DNA of 64,000 nt. Source: an uncultured Methylomirabilota bacterium (lineage in GTDB: Bacteria; Methylomirabilota; Methylomirabilia; Methylomirabilales; 2-02-FULL-66-22). Shown in pieces: positions 44,435 to 59,542 of the stretch (positions within the stretch are counted from its first letter, which is position 1; each line of letters starts with the position of its first letter). The position numbers were made by a program, and so were the translations under genes. The notes below the pieces were generated by a model that was not told where the DNA came from, did not search any database, and worked only from the letters and a program-made list of their open reading frames with translations. The stretch lies in NCBI GenBank assembly GCA_963705305.1, contig OY970067.1, positions 2,080,001-2,144,000 on the forward strand, written 5' to 3'.

Positions 44435-45448
44435 ATGATTTTCCCTAAAGGCGAAGTGATGTACGAGCACCTGAACACGACGTTTACCCAGATCGACGCC
44501 ATGCTCGGCGAGCTGAAGGCCACCCGGTTTACGGGCTACATCCAGCTGACGGCGCGGGATTACCTCGGCATTCTGCTCATCGGCGAGGGGGAGATCGCCG
44601 GCGCCATTGAGGAGACCGGCGGCCGGCGGACGAACGACGGCTCCTCCATCGAAGGCGTGCTGGCCAAGGCGCGCGAGCGGGACGGGCTACTGAGCGTCTT
44701 TCGGCTACCTGGGGAACTGGTCCGCCTGATGGGAAATTTCCTCCACGGCGAGCCCCTCTACAAGAATTTGACGAGCGACCTCACGAGCCTGGATCGACTC
44801 ATCGCGGGCCTGCAGGGTCGAGGCCACAGCGGTCACGTCGAGGTGCAGCTCTCGAAGAGCGGCGATAGCGGGACCGTTTTCCTGTGGGAGGGAAAGGTCC
44901 TGGAGAGCGTCTTCGACTGCCAGGGCGAGACCGCCGCCGGTGCAGGGGTGCTGGAAGAGCTCGTGCGCGCTGCGGCGGCCGAGGGGGCAGCGTTCAACGT
45001 GTACGGCTTGCCACCCGCGCCCCCTCAGGCGGCGGCGAAGGCCCCCGAGGGTGCGGGACTGCAGGAACAGCTGGGTTTGTGGCAGGAGGTGCTCAAGACC
45101 GTCGAGAGCGCGGTGGACGGCGCGACGAAGGCGGGCGCCTTCCAGGCGGCGTTCAGGCGCGCCTGCGTCGAGCTGGCGGAGACATTCCCATTCCTCGATC
45201 CGTTCGCCGCAGAGTTCGAGTATCACGAGGGGCGGGTCCGATACGACGGGCAGGCTGCCGCGGCCGTGGTCAATCAGGGGCTCTGCCGGGCGCTGGGGCG
45301 GAGCCTGCGGATGCTGGCCGGCCAGCCGGGCGGTCGCGACCTGGCGGGACGAATTACCTCGGCCGCCAATAGTCTGAAAAAGCGGTACGGCGGGCGGCTG
45401 GCGGAGATCGGGGCGGCGGACGCACTGGCCGACGCATTCGGGGCCTGA
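44435..45448 (+). CDS. Hypothetical protein with two tandem PATAN/DUF4388-like repeats
   Basis: Internal repeat: YEHLNTTFTQID..FTGYIQL..GILLIGEGEI / YKNLTSDLTSLD..HSGHVEV..GTVFLWEGKV; GAGGAGG RBS. Confidence 0.7.
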   Translation: MIFPKGEVMYEHLNTTFTQIDAMLGELKATRFTGYIQLTARDYLGILLIGEGEIAGAIEETGGRRTNDGSSIEGVLAKARERDGLLSVFRLPGELVRLMGNFLHGEPLYKNLTSDLTSLDRLIAGLQGRGHSGHVEVQLSKSGDSGTVFLWEGKVLESVFDCQGETAAGAGVLEELVRAAAAEGAAFNVYGLPPAPPQAAAKAPEGAGLQEQLGLWQEVLKTVESAVDGATKAGAFQAAFRRACVELAETFPFLDPFAAEFEYHEGRVRYDGQAAAAVVNQGLCRALGRSLRMLAGQPGGRDLAGRITSAANSLKKRYGGRLAEIGAADALADAFGA

Positions 45449-45463
45449 GGCGGCGGGGACGGA

Positions 45464-45979
45464 ATGGCGAATATCGTCACACAAGAGGCCTCCTCGGCCT
45501 GGAGCGGAGGGCGGCTGCTCCGCCTCAAAGAGCGGTGCCAGGGAGTGCTCGAACAGCTCGCACAGGTCCCCGGTGTGGACGGGGCCTGCCTCTGCGACAA
45601 TCATGGGGCCGTGGTCGGCATGCTGCTGCCTGCCGGATGGAACCGGCGACTGTTCGAACGGATCGGACTCGCCCTCTGCCAGTGCTGGGCCGCCATGCAT
45701 GCGCGGTGGCCGCTCAAGGGCTGCGAGGTCCGGTTCGAGGGCAAGGTGGTGGTGGCGCGCGATCTGGGCAACGCCCTCGCCGTGGCGGTGTGCGGCCCCG
45801 ACGCGAACCTGCCCATCCTGCGGATGGCGCTGAATGTCGCCGCCAATCCCTTCGAGACGGACGCCGAGCTCCAGCGCGACCTGGCGGGCGCGGCGCCCTT
45901 GCGAGCGAAGACGCTGAGCCGGGAGCTGGATGGTCCGGCCCGTACGCTGTTGGAGAAAGGGGGACTCAAAGCCGTCTGA
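45464..45979 (+). CDS. Roadblock/LC7 (MglB-like) domain protein
   Basis: LEQLAQVPGVDGACLCDNHGAVV...VRFEGKVVVARDL..LAVAVC..ANLPILRMALN. Confidence 0.72.
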   Translation: MANIVTQEASSAWSGGRLLRLKERCQGVLEQLAQVPGVDGACLCDNHGAVVGMLLPAGWNRRLFERIGLALCQCWAAMHARWPLKGCEVRFEGKVVVARDLGNALAVAVCGPDANLPILRMALNVAANPFETDAELQRDLAGAAPLRAKTLSRELDGPARTLLEKGGLKAV

Positions 45980-46069
45980 GGTCTCGAGACGTGGACAGGC
46001 GGGTTCGGTCCGCAGCCCCGGACGCACTCATGAAGGATACGGCGGGGCGAACGGAAGGAGGTGACGCTC

Positions 46070-46543
46070 ATGGTGGCGGCAGGCAACCTTTCCCGCGTGA
46101 TCTTCAAGCTGGCCAACAAGGAGCTGTCAGGTGAGGTCACGCTGACACCCGCGACCTGGCGCGTGCTGGTGCAGTTTGACGGCGTCCGCACCGTGGCCGA
46201 GATCGCCCGGGCCCTGGGGATGGAGGAGTCGGCGGTGGCGCAGGTGGCCGACAAGCTCTCCCGGTCCGGCATCCTTCAGGTGGCCACGGGCGGCGGCGGA
46301 CCAGCGCGCCCCACGATCAACGGGGCGTTCTTCGACCAGCTCCTGGCTGAGTTCGCCCGGGTCATCGGCCCGCTGGCCGAATTCACCCTGGAGGACGAGA
46401 TCGGCTCGATGGGCGAAAGCCGGGAGGGCTTCCCGCGGGATCGGATCCCGGAGCTGGTCGAGCGTCTCAGCCAGGCGGTTCCGGATGAGGCCCGCCGGGT
46501 GAAGTTCCAGCAGATCATGTTGGGGGCGATCCGAAAGATATAA
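46070..46543 (+). CDS. Winged-helix protein with a helical C-terminal domain
   Basis: WRVLVQFDGVRTVAEIARALGM..VADKLSRSGIL; C-terminal FARVIGPLAEFTLEDEI; AAGGAGG RBS. Confidence 0.72.
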   Translation: MVAAGNLSRVIFKLANKELSGEVTLTPATWRVLVQFDGVRTVAEIARALGMEESAVAQVADKLSRSGILQVATGGGGPARPTINGAFFDQLLAEFARVIGPLAEFTLEDEIGSMGESREGFPRDRIPELVERLSQAVPDEARRVKFQQIMLGAIRKI

Positions 46544-46603
46544 CCCCCCGGAGGTCAATGCCGGAGCACTCGCCCGGCATGCGATCATCGAAAGGAGAGC
46601 GCT

Positions 46604-47881
46604 GTGGCAACGACAACCGCATCGGCAATCGAGGCGCCTGCCGTCCAGGAACGGGGGGGTCACTGGTCGCTCGGCCAGTGGCGTCTGCGGTCCAAAATGA
46701 TTCTGATCCTCCTGCTGGTCTCCCAGATTCCGCTCATTGCGGTCGCCGCGTTCACGATCTACATGGCGCGCGGGGCCCTGCTCCATCAGGCCAGCATCAA
46801 CATGCTGGGGGTCGGGTCCGAGGTGGCGCGGGAGCTCGATCACCAGCTGCTGGGGTGGCAGGAGGACATCGTCACCGTGAGCCAGCTCCCCGAAGTGGTG
46901 GCGTACGCCATGAGCCCATCCGACGCATGGGGGCAAATCGCCCTGGCCTCCCTCAAGGCGGAGGCGTCGCGGAAGAACTACGGCTCCATCGCGGTGGTCA
47001 ATCGCGAGGGGAAGATCATCCTGTCCTCCGCCCCCGGAGACGTGGGGACGGATGTCTCGTTCCGCCCGTATGTGATCGAGGCCCTCAAGGGCAAGGCCTA
47101 CATCTCGGATCCGTCGGTCTCCGTGATCACCAACAAGCCCTCCATCTTCACCAGCGCCCCGGTGCGTGACAGCAACAATCAGGTGATCGCGGTGGTCCGC
47201 AGCCGGCTCGACCTGTACGGGCTCTGGGATCTCGTCGAGCAGGCGGCCCAGCAGTCGGTTCCCGGGACCGTGGCCATGCTGCTGGACGACCACGGGATCC
47301 GCATCGCCCACAGCGCCAGCAAGGGGAACCGGGAAGGGGTGGTGAAGACCCTGCTGTATCGTGCGGTGGCTCCGCTCGACCCGGAGACGACGAAGCAGAT
47401 CGTGGCCGAGAAGCGCTTCGGCACGGCCACCACCGAGCGGGTGAATGTCCTGCCGCTCCCCCAGGTGGCGGCCGCCATCAAGGCCCGCGCGGCGACGACC
47501 TTCGAGGCCGCGGCCGACAACAGCACCGTATCCCACCAGTCCGCGTCGGTGCCGCTGCAGGCCATGCCCTGGCACCTGGTGCTGCAGGCGCCGGATCCGT
47601 CCTTCACCAGCGCCGCCGTCCGAATGACCCAGGTCACGGCGGCCGCCGCCGGCCTCTTCGCCCTGCTGATCGTCCTGGTGGCGATCCTGATCGCCCGGGG
47701 AGTCACCCGCCCCGTCATGCAGCTGACCGAGGTGGCGGACCGCATCAGCCTGGGCGAGCTGAGCGCCAAGATCGAGATCGAGCGCAAGGACGAGATCGGC
47801 GATCTGGCCGAGGCGCTGCGGCGGATGCAGACCAGCCTGCAGGCCGCCATCGAGCGCCTGCGGACCCGGCGCACGACCTGA
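46604..47881 (+). CDS. Membrane sensor: TM-Cache-TM-HAMP, with no output domain
   Basis: Two TMs; Cache-like DVSFRPYV..ALKGKAYISDP..SAPV; HAMP VTRPVMQLTEVADRISLGEL..RKDEIGDLAEALRRM, then a stop. Confidence 0.85.
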   Translation: MATTTASAIEAPAVQERGGHWSLGQWRLRSKMILILLLVSQIPLIAVAAFTIYMARGALLHQASINMLGVGSEVARELDHQLLGWQEDIVTVSQLPEVVAYAMSPSDAWGQIALASLKAEASRKNYGSIAVVNREGKIILSSAPGDVGTDVSFRPYVIEALKGKAYISDPSVSVITNKPSIFTSAPVRDSNNQVIAVVRSRLDLYGLWDLVEQAAQQSVPGTVAMLLDDHGIRIAHSASKGNREGVVKTLLYRAVAPLDPETTKQIVAEKRFGTATTERVNVLPLPQVAAAIKARAATTFEAAADNSTVSHQSASVPLQAMPWHLVLQAPDPSFTSAAVRMTQVTAAAAGLFALLIVLVAILIARGVTRPVMQLTEVADRISLGELSAKIEIERKDEIGDLAEALRRMQTSLQAAIERLRTRRTT

Positions 47882-48078
47882 CCTCGACGGGGGTGCCCGC
47901 GGCCTGAAGGCGGGACCCCGCGCTCGACAATATGGACTGCCGACGGCAGTCGCCTGCGGCCCTCCGGATTCCTTCATCGGGGGGCCGCGGTCTTTTCGGC
48001 GGAGGCGGCCGGGGCTGCCGGCGCCTCCCTGCGCTGCCGTCGTTGACACGGCCCCTCTCCTCGGCTTACAGTTCGCGT

Positions 48079-49254
48079 ATGCGCCACCCATGGAAAGCCG
48101 CCCTGGGCCTCCTGATCGGCGTGAGCCTGGCGGGCGGGCCGGTGTGCGCCCAAGACCCCGCTCCCGCTATCCGGGCAACCATGGGGGTGGCCGGCGATCT
48201 GCTGCTCAACCTGGATGCGGACCGGGCCGAGGTCGAGTGCTCGCGCCTACTGGCCCTGCCCGAAGGAGAGGCCGCCGGCCGGTTCTGCCTGGGCGTGACG
48301 GCGCTGACCCGGGCCGGGGAAATGGACGATCCGGATCCGGACCTGGATCGCTTTCTGGATCAGGTAGCCCGGGCCATTGCCGCCGGCCAACGCCTGGAGC
48401 AGACGCGGCCCGCCGATCCCGAGGTGAAGCTGCTGCTGGGGCTAAGTCACGGAAGCCAGGCACTGGTGCAGAGCGGCCGGGGGCACTACGTCGCCGCCTG
48501 GCAGGCCCTGCGGGACGGTCTGCGCTGCTTCCAAGAGGCGCTGGCGCTGGATCCGTCCCTGACGGATGCCTACTACGGAATCGGCCTCTACGATTATGCC
48601 TTGGGACGCCTGCCCGGCCTCCTGCGGCCGGCCGTGGGCCTGGTGCTGGCGCGCGGGGATGCGACCCAGGGGTTGCAAGAGCTGGAGCGGGTGGCCGAGG
48701 GCGGAGCCTATCTCAAGATGACGGCCCGACTGGCCCTCCTGGAGCTGTACGCAGGACAGGAACACAGGTACACCGAGGCCCTACGGCTGGGTCGCGATCT
48801 CCTGGGGCGCTACCCAGGCAATCCGGATGTGTACTTCGCCACGGCCTCTGCCGCCTCGGAGCTGGGGCGGTTTCCCGAGGCCCTGGCGATCGCCCGCCGT
48901 GCGGGGGAGAACATCGCGGCCGGCGCGCCGCATTTCCCGCCGGCGCTCCGGTCCCGCTACGAGCAGCTCCTGGGGAAGATCTACATGGACCAGGGGGAGT
49001 ACGCCGCCGCCCTGCGGTTCTTCCAGCAGGCGGTTGAAACCCCCACGCCGCCGCGCTACCGCTGGGTGACCGCCTGGGCATGGACCCGGTCGGGAATGAT
49101 CTTCGACCTGGAGGGAGACCGGGCGGAGGCCGAGCGGCGATACCGCGAGGCCCTGGCGATTCCCACCGACGCCCCGGCCAAGGACGTGGCCCGGCAGTAT
49201 CTGGAGAACCCCTATCGAGGGCGGCCGGGCTCCGCCCGGCTTCCGACTCGGTAA
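48079..49254 (+). CDS. Secreted TPR-repeat protein
   Basis: Signal peptide; TPR-like ALALDPSLTDAYYGIG and LGKIYMDQGEYAAALRFFQQA. Confidence 0.8.
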   Translation: MRHPWKAALGLLIGVSLAGGPVCAQDPAPAIRATMGVAGDLLLNLDADRAEVECSRLLALPEGEAAGRFCLGVTALTRAGEMDDPDPDLDRFLDQVARAIAAGQRLEQTRPADPEVKLLLGLSHGSQALVQSGRGHYVAAWQALRDGLRCFQEALALDPSLTDAYYGIGLYDYALGRLPGLLRPAVGLVLARGDATQGLQELERVAEGGAYLKMTARLALLELYAGQEHRYTEALRLGRDLLGRYPGNPDVYFATASAASELGRFPEALAIARRAGENIAAGAPHFPPALRSRYEQLLGKIYMDQGEYAAALRFFQQAVETPTPPRYRWVTAWAWTRSGMIFDLEGDRAEAERRYREALAIPTDAPAKDVARQYLENPYRGRPGSARLPTR

Positions 49255-49284
49255 CCGCTCACGCCACGAAAGGATCGTCCACCC

Positions 49285-50871
49285 ATGCCGAAGCGAGGTA
49301 AGGAACACCGCGGGGAAGACGCCGCCGACCACCTGGTCAGGCACTCGCGCCGATCGCACCCCTGGCTCCTGCACGCCGTGATCTTCGTGTGCGGCGGCGT
49401 CCTCATGGCTCTCGAGATCGTGGGAAGCCGCGTGCTGGCTCCCTACTTCGGCAACTCGATCTTCGTCTGGGGAAGCCTCATCAGCGTCGTCCTGGCGGCC
49501 CTGTCCCTCGGCTACTGGCTGGGCGGGATGGCGGCGGATCGGTGGCCGCGCTACTCCGTCCTGGCAGGGCTGATCGGCGTCCCCGGGCTCATGATCGGGC
49601 TTCTCCCCTTTGTGTATCCCGCCCTGAACCAGGCGATCGCGACGAGCGAGCTGGGGGCGCGGCTGGGCCCGCTGCTGTCGTGCCTGGTGCTGTTCCTCCT
49701 TCCCAGTGTGTTTCTGGGGACGATCTCGCCGTTCGCCGTTCGCCTCCAGGCCAGGGCGGTGGCCTCGGTGGGGACCACGGCGGGGGGCCTGTACGCGGTC
49801 TCCACGGCCGGGAGCATCGCCGGCACGCTGCTCACGGCCTTCTACCTCATCTCGGTCCTGGGCGTCGCCAACATCGTCCACGGCCTAGGATTCGTGCTGC
49901 TGATCGTGGCCGTGGTCGTCTTCCTGGCGGAGCGACGGCGGCTGGGGGCCGGCCTGGCGATGATCACGCTCGCCATCCTCCTGGCGGCGGTCGTGTGGGC
50001 GGCCAGGACGCGCGCGGCGGAGCCGGGCCTGCTGCTGGACACGGACTCCTTCTACAACCACATCCGGGTGTCCGACGAGGGCGGGAGCCGCTACCTGGAC
50101 TTCGACAACCTCCGGCAGAGCGGCATGCTCCAGTCCAACCCCTGGGAGCTGCAGCTTCGCTACACCCGGTTCCTGGCGCTGGCGCTGACCCTGCAGCCCG
50201 ATCCCCGCCGGGTGCTGGTGATCGGCCTGGGCGGGGGATCGTTCCCCAAGCGGCTCTACCGGGATTTCCCGCAGATCACGGTGGACGTGGCGGATATCGA
50301 TCCGGCGGTCCGGCGCATCGCCACCCGGTACTTCCAGGTGCCGCAGGACGGCCGGATGCGACTCCACGTCCAGGACGGACGGCGCTTCGTCCAGGAGAGC
50401 GACGCCGCGTACGATGCGGTCTTCCTGGACGCCTACAACTCCGACACCATCCCCTTCCACCTGGTGACGCGGGAGTTCTACCAGGCCGTTCGGGCGCGGC
50501 TGGCCCCCGGCGGGGTCGTCGTCTCGAACATCATCGGCAGCCCGTACGGCCCCCGCAGCGGTTTCTTTCGGGCGATCTACCGGACGCTGGCCACGGTCTT
50601 CCCGACGGTCTACGTGGTCCCCACCTACGATACGCGAAACGGGCTGTTCCTGGGAGACATCAACATCATCCTGCTGGCCACGCAGGAGTCTGCCCGCCTG
50701 AGCCGGGGCGAGCTGATCGCGCGGGCGGGACGCGCGGAAGGCAAGCTGGTCCCGGCCTCGGATCTGGCCGAGTACGCCTCCTACCTCGTGGAAGCGCCCA
50801 TCCCGGTTGGCGACGTTCCCCTCCTTACCGACGACTTCGCCCCGGTCGAGCTCCTGCGGGAGGCGTCCTGA
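49285..50871 (+). CDS. Fused membrane domain / spermidine synthase-like SAM-dependent transferase
   Basis: LEIVGSRVLAPYFGNSIFVWGS, seven TMs, VLVIGLGGG, DGRRFV, FLDAY..IPFHL, LTDDFAP. Confidence 0.88.
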   Translation: MPKRGKEHRGEDAADHLVRHSRRSHPWLLHAVIFVCGGVLMALEIVGSRVLAPYFGNSIFVWGSLISVVLAALSLGYWLGGMAADRWPRYSVLAGLIGVPGLMIGLLPFVYPALNQAIATSELGARLGPLLSCLVLFLLPSVFLGTISPFAVRLQARAVASVGTTAGGLYAVSTAGSIAGTLLTAFYLISVLGVANIVHGLGFVLLIVAVVVFLAERRRLGAGLAMITLAILLAAVVWAARTRAAEPGLLLDTDSFYNHIRVSDEGGSRYLDFDNLRQSGMLQSNPWELQLRYTRFLALALTLQPDPRRVLVIGLGGGSFPKRLYRDFPQITVDVADIDPAVRRIATRYFQVPQDGRMRLHVQDGRRFVQESDAAYDAVFLDAYNSDTIPFHLVTREFYQAVRARLAPGGVVVSNIIGSPYGPRSGFFRAIYRTLATVFPTVYVVPTYDTRNGLFLGDINIILLATQESARLSRGELIARAGRAEGKLVPASDLAEYASYLVEAPIPVGDVPLLTDDFAPVELLREAS

Positions 50872-50954
50872 CCGGCGGCGCGCCTTCCACGCGGGCGGGG
50901 GCCGGCGGTTTTTTCGACTTGACGGCGGGGGATGTCTCTGCTAAAAGAGACCCA

Positions 50955-51632
<678 letters not shown>

Positions 51633-51706
51633 GATCGGGCCGGGGGCCCGGACGGTGCGGGATCCCCCTTCGAGGAAGAGGGGACGGCCCCGGGCGGAGG
51701 TGGACC

Positions 51707-52639
<933 letters not shown>

Positions 52640-52705
52640 GGCGGTTCGAGGGGCGGCGGGCGAGAAGTCTCGGACCTCGGACCGCGAACAGCGAGCGGAG
52701 CGAGC

Positions 52706-54007
52706 ATGCGAATCCTCATCGAAGGCGGACGGGTGGTCGATCCGGCGAACGGACGTGATGCGGCGCTAGATCTGGTGATCGAGGACGGGCGCATCGCCGA
52801 GGTGCGCGCTCCCCAGCCGGGGATCCCGGGTTGCCCGCGGCCGGAATGCGATCGGGTGCTGGACGCCCGGGGCAAGGTGGTCTGTCCGGGCTTCGTGGAC
52901 GTGCACGTTCACCTGCGCGAGCCGGGTCGCGAGGATATGGAGACCATCGCCAGCGGGACGCGCGCGGCGGCGCGCGGCGGCTTCACCTCGGTCTGCTGCA
53001 TGCCCAACACCAGCCCGGTCAACGACAACCAGTCGGTGACCGAGTTCATCCTGGACCGGGCACGCAAGGAGGCGGCGGTCAACGTCTTCCCCATCGGAGC
53101 CATTAGCAAAGGACAGCAGGGGGAGGAGCTGGCGGAGATCGCGGAGGTGGTCGGCGCCGGCTGCGTGGCCATCTCCGACGACGGCAAGCCGGTCATGAAC
53201 GCCGAGCTCATGCGTCGCGCCCTGGAATATGCCAGCATGTTCGACATCCCGGTGATCCAGCACGCCGAGGACGCGCACCTCACCGGGAAAGGGGTGATGC
53301 ACGAGGGCCGGGTGAGCACGCAGCTGGGGCTGAAAGGCATCCCGGCCGCCTCGGAGGCGGTCATCGTGGCGCGGGACATCCTGCTGGCAGAGCTCACCGG
53401 GGGCCACTACCACGTGGCCCATGTCAGCACCGCCGAGGCCATCCAGCTGATCCGGGACGCCAAGGCCAGGGGCCTCCACGTGACCTGTGAGGTCGCCCCC
53501 CACCACTTCGCCCTGACCGACGAGGCCATCTGCAGCTTCGACACCAATGCCAAGATGAGTCCCCCGCTGCGGTCGGCCCGCCACGTGGCGGCGCTCAAGG
53601 CGGCCCTGGCCGACGGGACGATCGACGCGATCGCCACGGATCATGCCCCGCACGTGATTCAGGACAAGGAGGTGGAGTTCGACTACGCGGCCAACGGGGT
53701 GGTGGGGCTGGAGACGGCCTTCGGCCTCGTCATGACGGTTCTGGTGGAGGGCGCGGTGCTGAGCCTGCCGCAGGCTGTCGCGCGGATGACCTGCGAGCCG
53801 GCCCGCGTCTTCCGTCTGGCCAAGGGGACGCTGAGCGTGGGGGCGGACGCGGACGTGACCATCGTGGATCCGGCCCGGGAGTGGACGGTGGACGTCAAGC
53901 AGTTTGCCTCCAAGGCGAGGAATTCCCCCTTCCACGGCTGGAAGCTGCGGGGGCAGGTGCTGTGCACCATCGTGGGAGGCAAGGTCGTGTGGGAGCTGCA
54001 GGGATGA
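52706..54007 (+). CDS. pyrC: Dihydroorotase
   Basis: [35 protein letters not shown]. Confidence 0.95.
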   Translation: MRILIEGGRVVDPANGRDAALDLVIEDGRIAEVRAPQPGIPGCPRPECDRVLDARGKVVCPGFVDVHVHLREPGREDMETIASGTRAAARGGFTSVCCMPNTSPVNDNQSVTEFILDRARKEAAVNVFPIGAISKGQQGEELAEIAEVVGAGCVAISDDGKPVMNAELMRRALEYASMFDIPVIQHAEDAHLTGKGVMHEGRVSTQLGLKGIPAASEAVIVARDILLAELTGGHYHVAHVSTAEAIQLIRDAKARGLHVTCEVAPHHFALTDEAICSFDTNAKMSPPLRSARHVAALKAALADGTIDAIATDHAPHVIQDKEVEFDYAANGVVGLETAFGLVMTVLVEGAVLSLPQAVARMTCEPARVFRLAKGTLSVGADADVTIVDPAREWTVDVKQFASKARNSPFHGWKLRGQVLCTIVGGKVVWELQG

Positions 54008-54035
54008 GGCGGCGCCGCGGGGAGCGGGCATGGGG

Positions 54036-55301
54036 ATGAAGCCGGCACTGCTGGCCCTGGCCGACGGGACCATCTTCGAGGGACGATCCTACGGGGCCGA
54101 AGGGGAGGCCGTCGGCGAGGTGGTCTTCAACACCTGCATGAGCGGGTACCAGGAGATCCTCACCGACCCGTCCTACAAGGGGCAGATCGTCACGATGACG
54201 TATCCCCTCATCGGCAACTACGGCGTCAATCCGGAAGACGTCGAGTCCCGGCGGCCGTTCGTGGAGGGCTTCGTTATCAAGGAGGGAAGCCCCCTGGCCA
54301 GCAACTGGCGGGGACGCCAGCCCCTGGAGGCCTTTCTCCGCGACCACGGGATCGTGGCCATCCAGGGGATCGATACGCGGGCCCTGACCCGTCACATCCG
54401 GGATCACGGCGCGCAGGAAGGGGTCGTCTCCACCGCCGACCCGGATCCCGGCAGCCTGGTTGCCAAGGCCAAAGGGTCGCCCGGGCTGATCGGCCGGGAT
54501 CTGGTCAAGGAAGTCTCCTGCCAGCAGCCGTTCGGCTGGAGGCAGGGGGTCTGGGAATGGCCGCGCGGCTACGCGGACGGGAGCGTCGCGCACCCCGAGC
54601 CGCGGAGCGACGCGGCGCAGCTCGGCCTGTTCGCCGCTCGCGGGGCGCAGCGCGGGACTCGCTATAAGGTGGTGGCCTACGATTGCGGCATCAAGTGGAA
54701 TATCCTGCGGCAGCTGGTCAGTGCCGGATGCGACGTGACGGTAGTGCCGGCCGGGACGACCGCGGACGAGGCCCTGGCCCTCCAGCCGGACGGCGTCTTC
54801 CTGTCCAACGGACCGGGCGATCCGGAAGGGGTCCCGTACCTCATCGAGGCGGTGCGCGGCCTCCTCGGCAGGCGGCCCATCTTCGGCATCTGCCTGGGGC
54901 ACCAGATCCTCGGGCTGGCCCTGGGGGGCCGCACCTACAAGCTGAAGTTCGGGCATCACGGCGGGAATCAGCCGGTGAAGGACCTGACCACCGGCAAGGT
55001 GGAGATCACCTCGCAGAACCACGGGTTCGCCGTGGACATGGCGTCGTTCCGGGAGGCGCCGCGCGACCTCCTGCTCGGCGGCCCGGAGGACGTCGTCCTC
55101 ACCCATGTGAATCTCAACGACCGGACCTGCGAGGGCCTCATGCACCGGCGGCTGCCCGTGTTCTCGGTGCAGTACCACCCCGAGGCCTCGCCCGGTCCCC
55201 ACGACGCCAGCTACCTCTTCCGGCGGTTCGTCGGGATGATGGAGCGGGAGCGGGGAGGAGACGTATCCTCGCCGTCGGCGGGACTCCAGAAGGGGGGATA
55301 G
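54036..55301 (+). CDS. carA: Carbamoyl-phosphate synthase small subunit
   Basis: [42 protein letters not shown]. Confidence 0.97.
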   Translation: MKPALLALADGTIFEGRSYGAEGEAVGEVVFNTCMSGYQEILTDPSYKGQIVTMTYPLIGNYGVNPEDVESRRPFVEGFVIKEGSPLASNWRGRQPLEAFLRDHGIVAIQGIDTRALTRHIRDHGAQEGVVSTADPDPGSLVAKAKGSPGLIGRDLVKEVSCQQPFGWRQGVWEWPRGYADGSVAHPEPRSDAAQLGLFAARGAQRGTRYKVVAYDCGIKWNILRQLVSAGCDVTVVPAGTTADEALALQPDGVFLSNGPGDPEGVPYLIEAVRGLLGRRPIFGICLGHQILGLALGGRTYKLKFGHHGGNQPVKDLTTGKVEITSQNHGFAVDMASFREAPRDLLLGGPEDVVLTHVNLNDRTCEGLMHRRLPVFSVQYHPEASPGPHDASYLFRRFVGMMERERGGDVSSPSAGLQKGG

Positions 55302-55421
55302 GATGTCGGACCGCCCCACGGAAAACAGCAGCGGATGGAGGAATTGGTCCACAAGCGGCGGGGCTGACCGCCGGACGCACCAACTGAATGTGAATTTTGC
55401 ATATTGGGGTCAGGAGAAGGT

Positions 55422-55625
55422 ATGAAGACGAAACGGAAGGAGCCAGAGATTGTTCTGCGGAATGGAAAGCCTGCAGCGGTGATCCTCGATATCGAGAAAT
55501 ACCGAGAAATGCTGGAGAGACTTGAGGACGTGGAGGACCTGAAAGCTCTGGCCGCAATGCGCAAGGGGCAGCTTCACTTCGTGCGGCTTGAAGATTTCTT
55601 GAAGGAGTATTCGCCGCGTGCATGA
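55422..55625 (+). CDS. Phd/YefM-like antitoxin
   Basis: IVLRNGKPAAVILDIEKYREMLERLEDVED; AGGAG RBS; overlaps the toxin start. Confidence 0.85.
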   Translation: MKTKRKEPEIVLRNGKPAAVILDIEKYREMLERLEDVEDLKALAAMRKGQLHFVRLEDFLKEYSPRA

Positions 55626-55872
55626 TGTCCTGCTCGAACGGGCGGCCCAGCGAGATCTGAAAGGCCTCCCCGCGGCAGAATTCGCGCGGGTGGTAGCCAG
55701 AATCCGGGGACTGGTGGGTAACCCGCGGCCGCCAGGCTCGCGCAAGCTCAGGGGCTCGCAAAGCGATTGGCGTCTCAGGATTGGCGACTATCGAGTCATT
55801 TATGAGATCGACGATGGGGCTAAAGTTGTTCGCGTGATGCGAGTGAGGCATCGATCAGAAGCGTACCGCTAG
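55618..55872 (+). CDS. RelE family toxin
   Basis: AAQRDLKGL...NPRPPGSRKLRG...WRLRIGDYRVIYEID...VRHRSEAYR. Confidence 0.92.
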   Translation: MHDVLLERAAQRDLKGLPAAEFARVVARIRGLVGNPRPPGSRKLRGSQSDWRLRIGDYRVIYEIDDGAKVVRVMRVRHRSEAYR

Positions 55873-56281
55873 GCCAGTTCGGTAAATTGACGTCGCGCGT
55901 GCGATTTTAGGTCTTCACGAAGCCGAATCTCTGGTTGTTCTAGGTTAAGCATTGGCATGAGCCAGGCGGTGAGTGTGCGTAGGTCGTTCGTTGGTCGGAT
56001 GAATGTCGAACCCATTCCGTCGCCCTCCCGGTCTGCCTTAGGCAACTTGTTCGCGAACGTGAGGAGTGAGTTGCGCGGGGGAACCCCGATGCCGCTGGAA
56101 GTCTTGGCCTCCAACTGTATGCAGAGCATTTTCGTGGCGCGGCACCATAGAATCGAGGGTGAACACTGGATTATCCTGAGATACAGAAGGGTGCTGGCTT
56201 GCCGAGTCGCCCGAGTCCTTGCGATTCCGGTGTATTATCCCATCGATCTATTCAGCCTTGCCGATGGCAGCGGAGCCCGCA

Positions 56282-59533
<3,252 letters not shown>

Positions 59534-59542
59534 GGATCGTGC

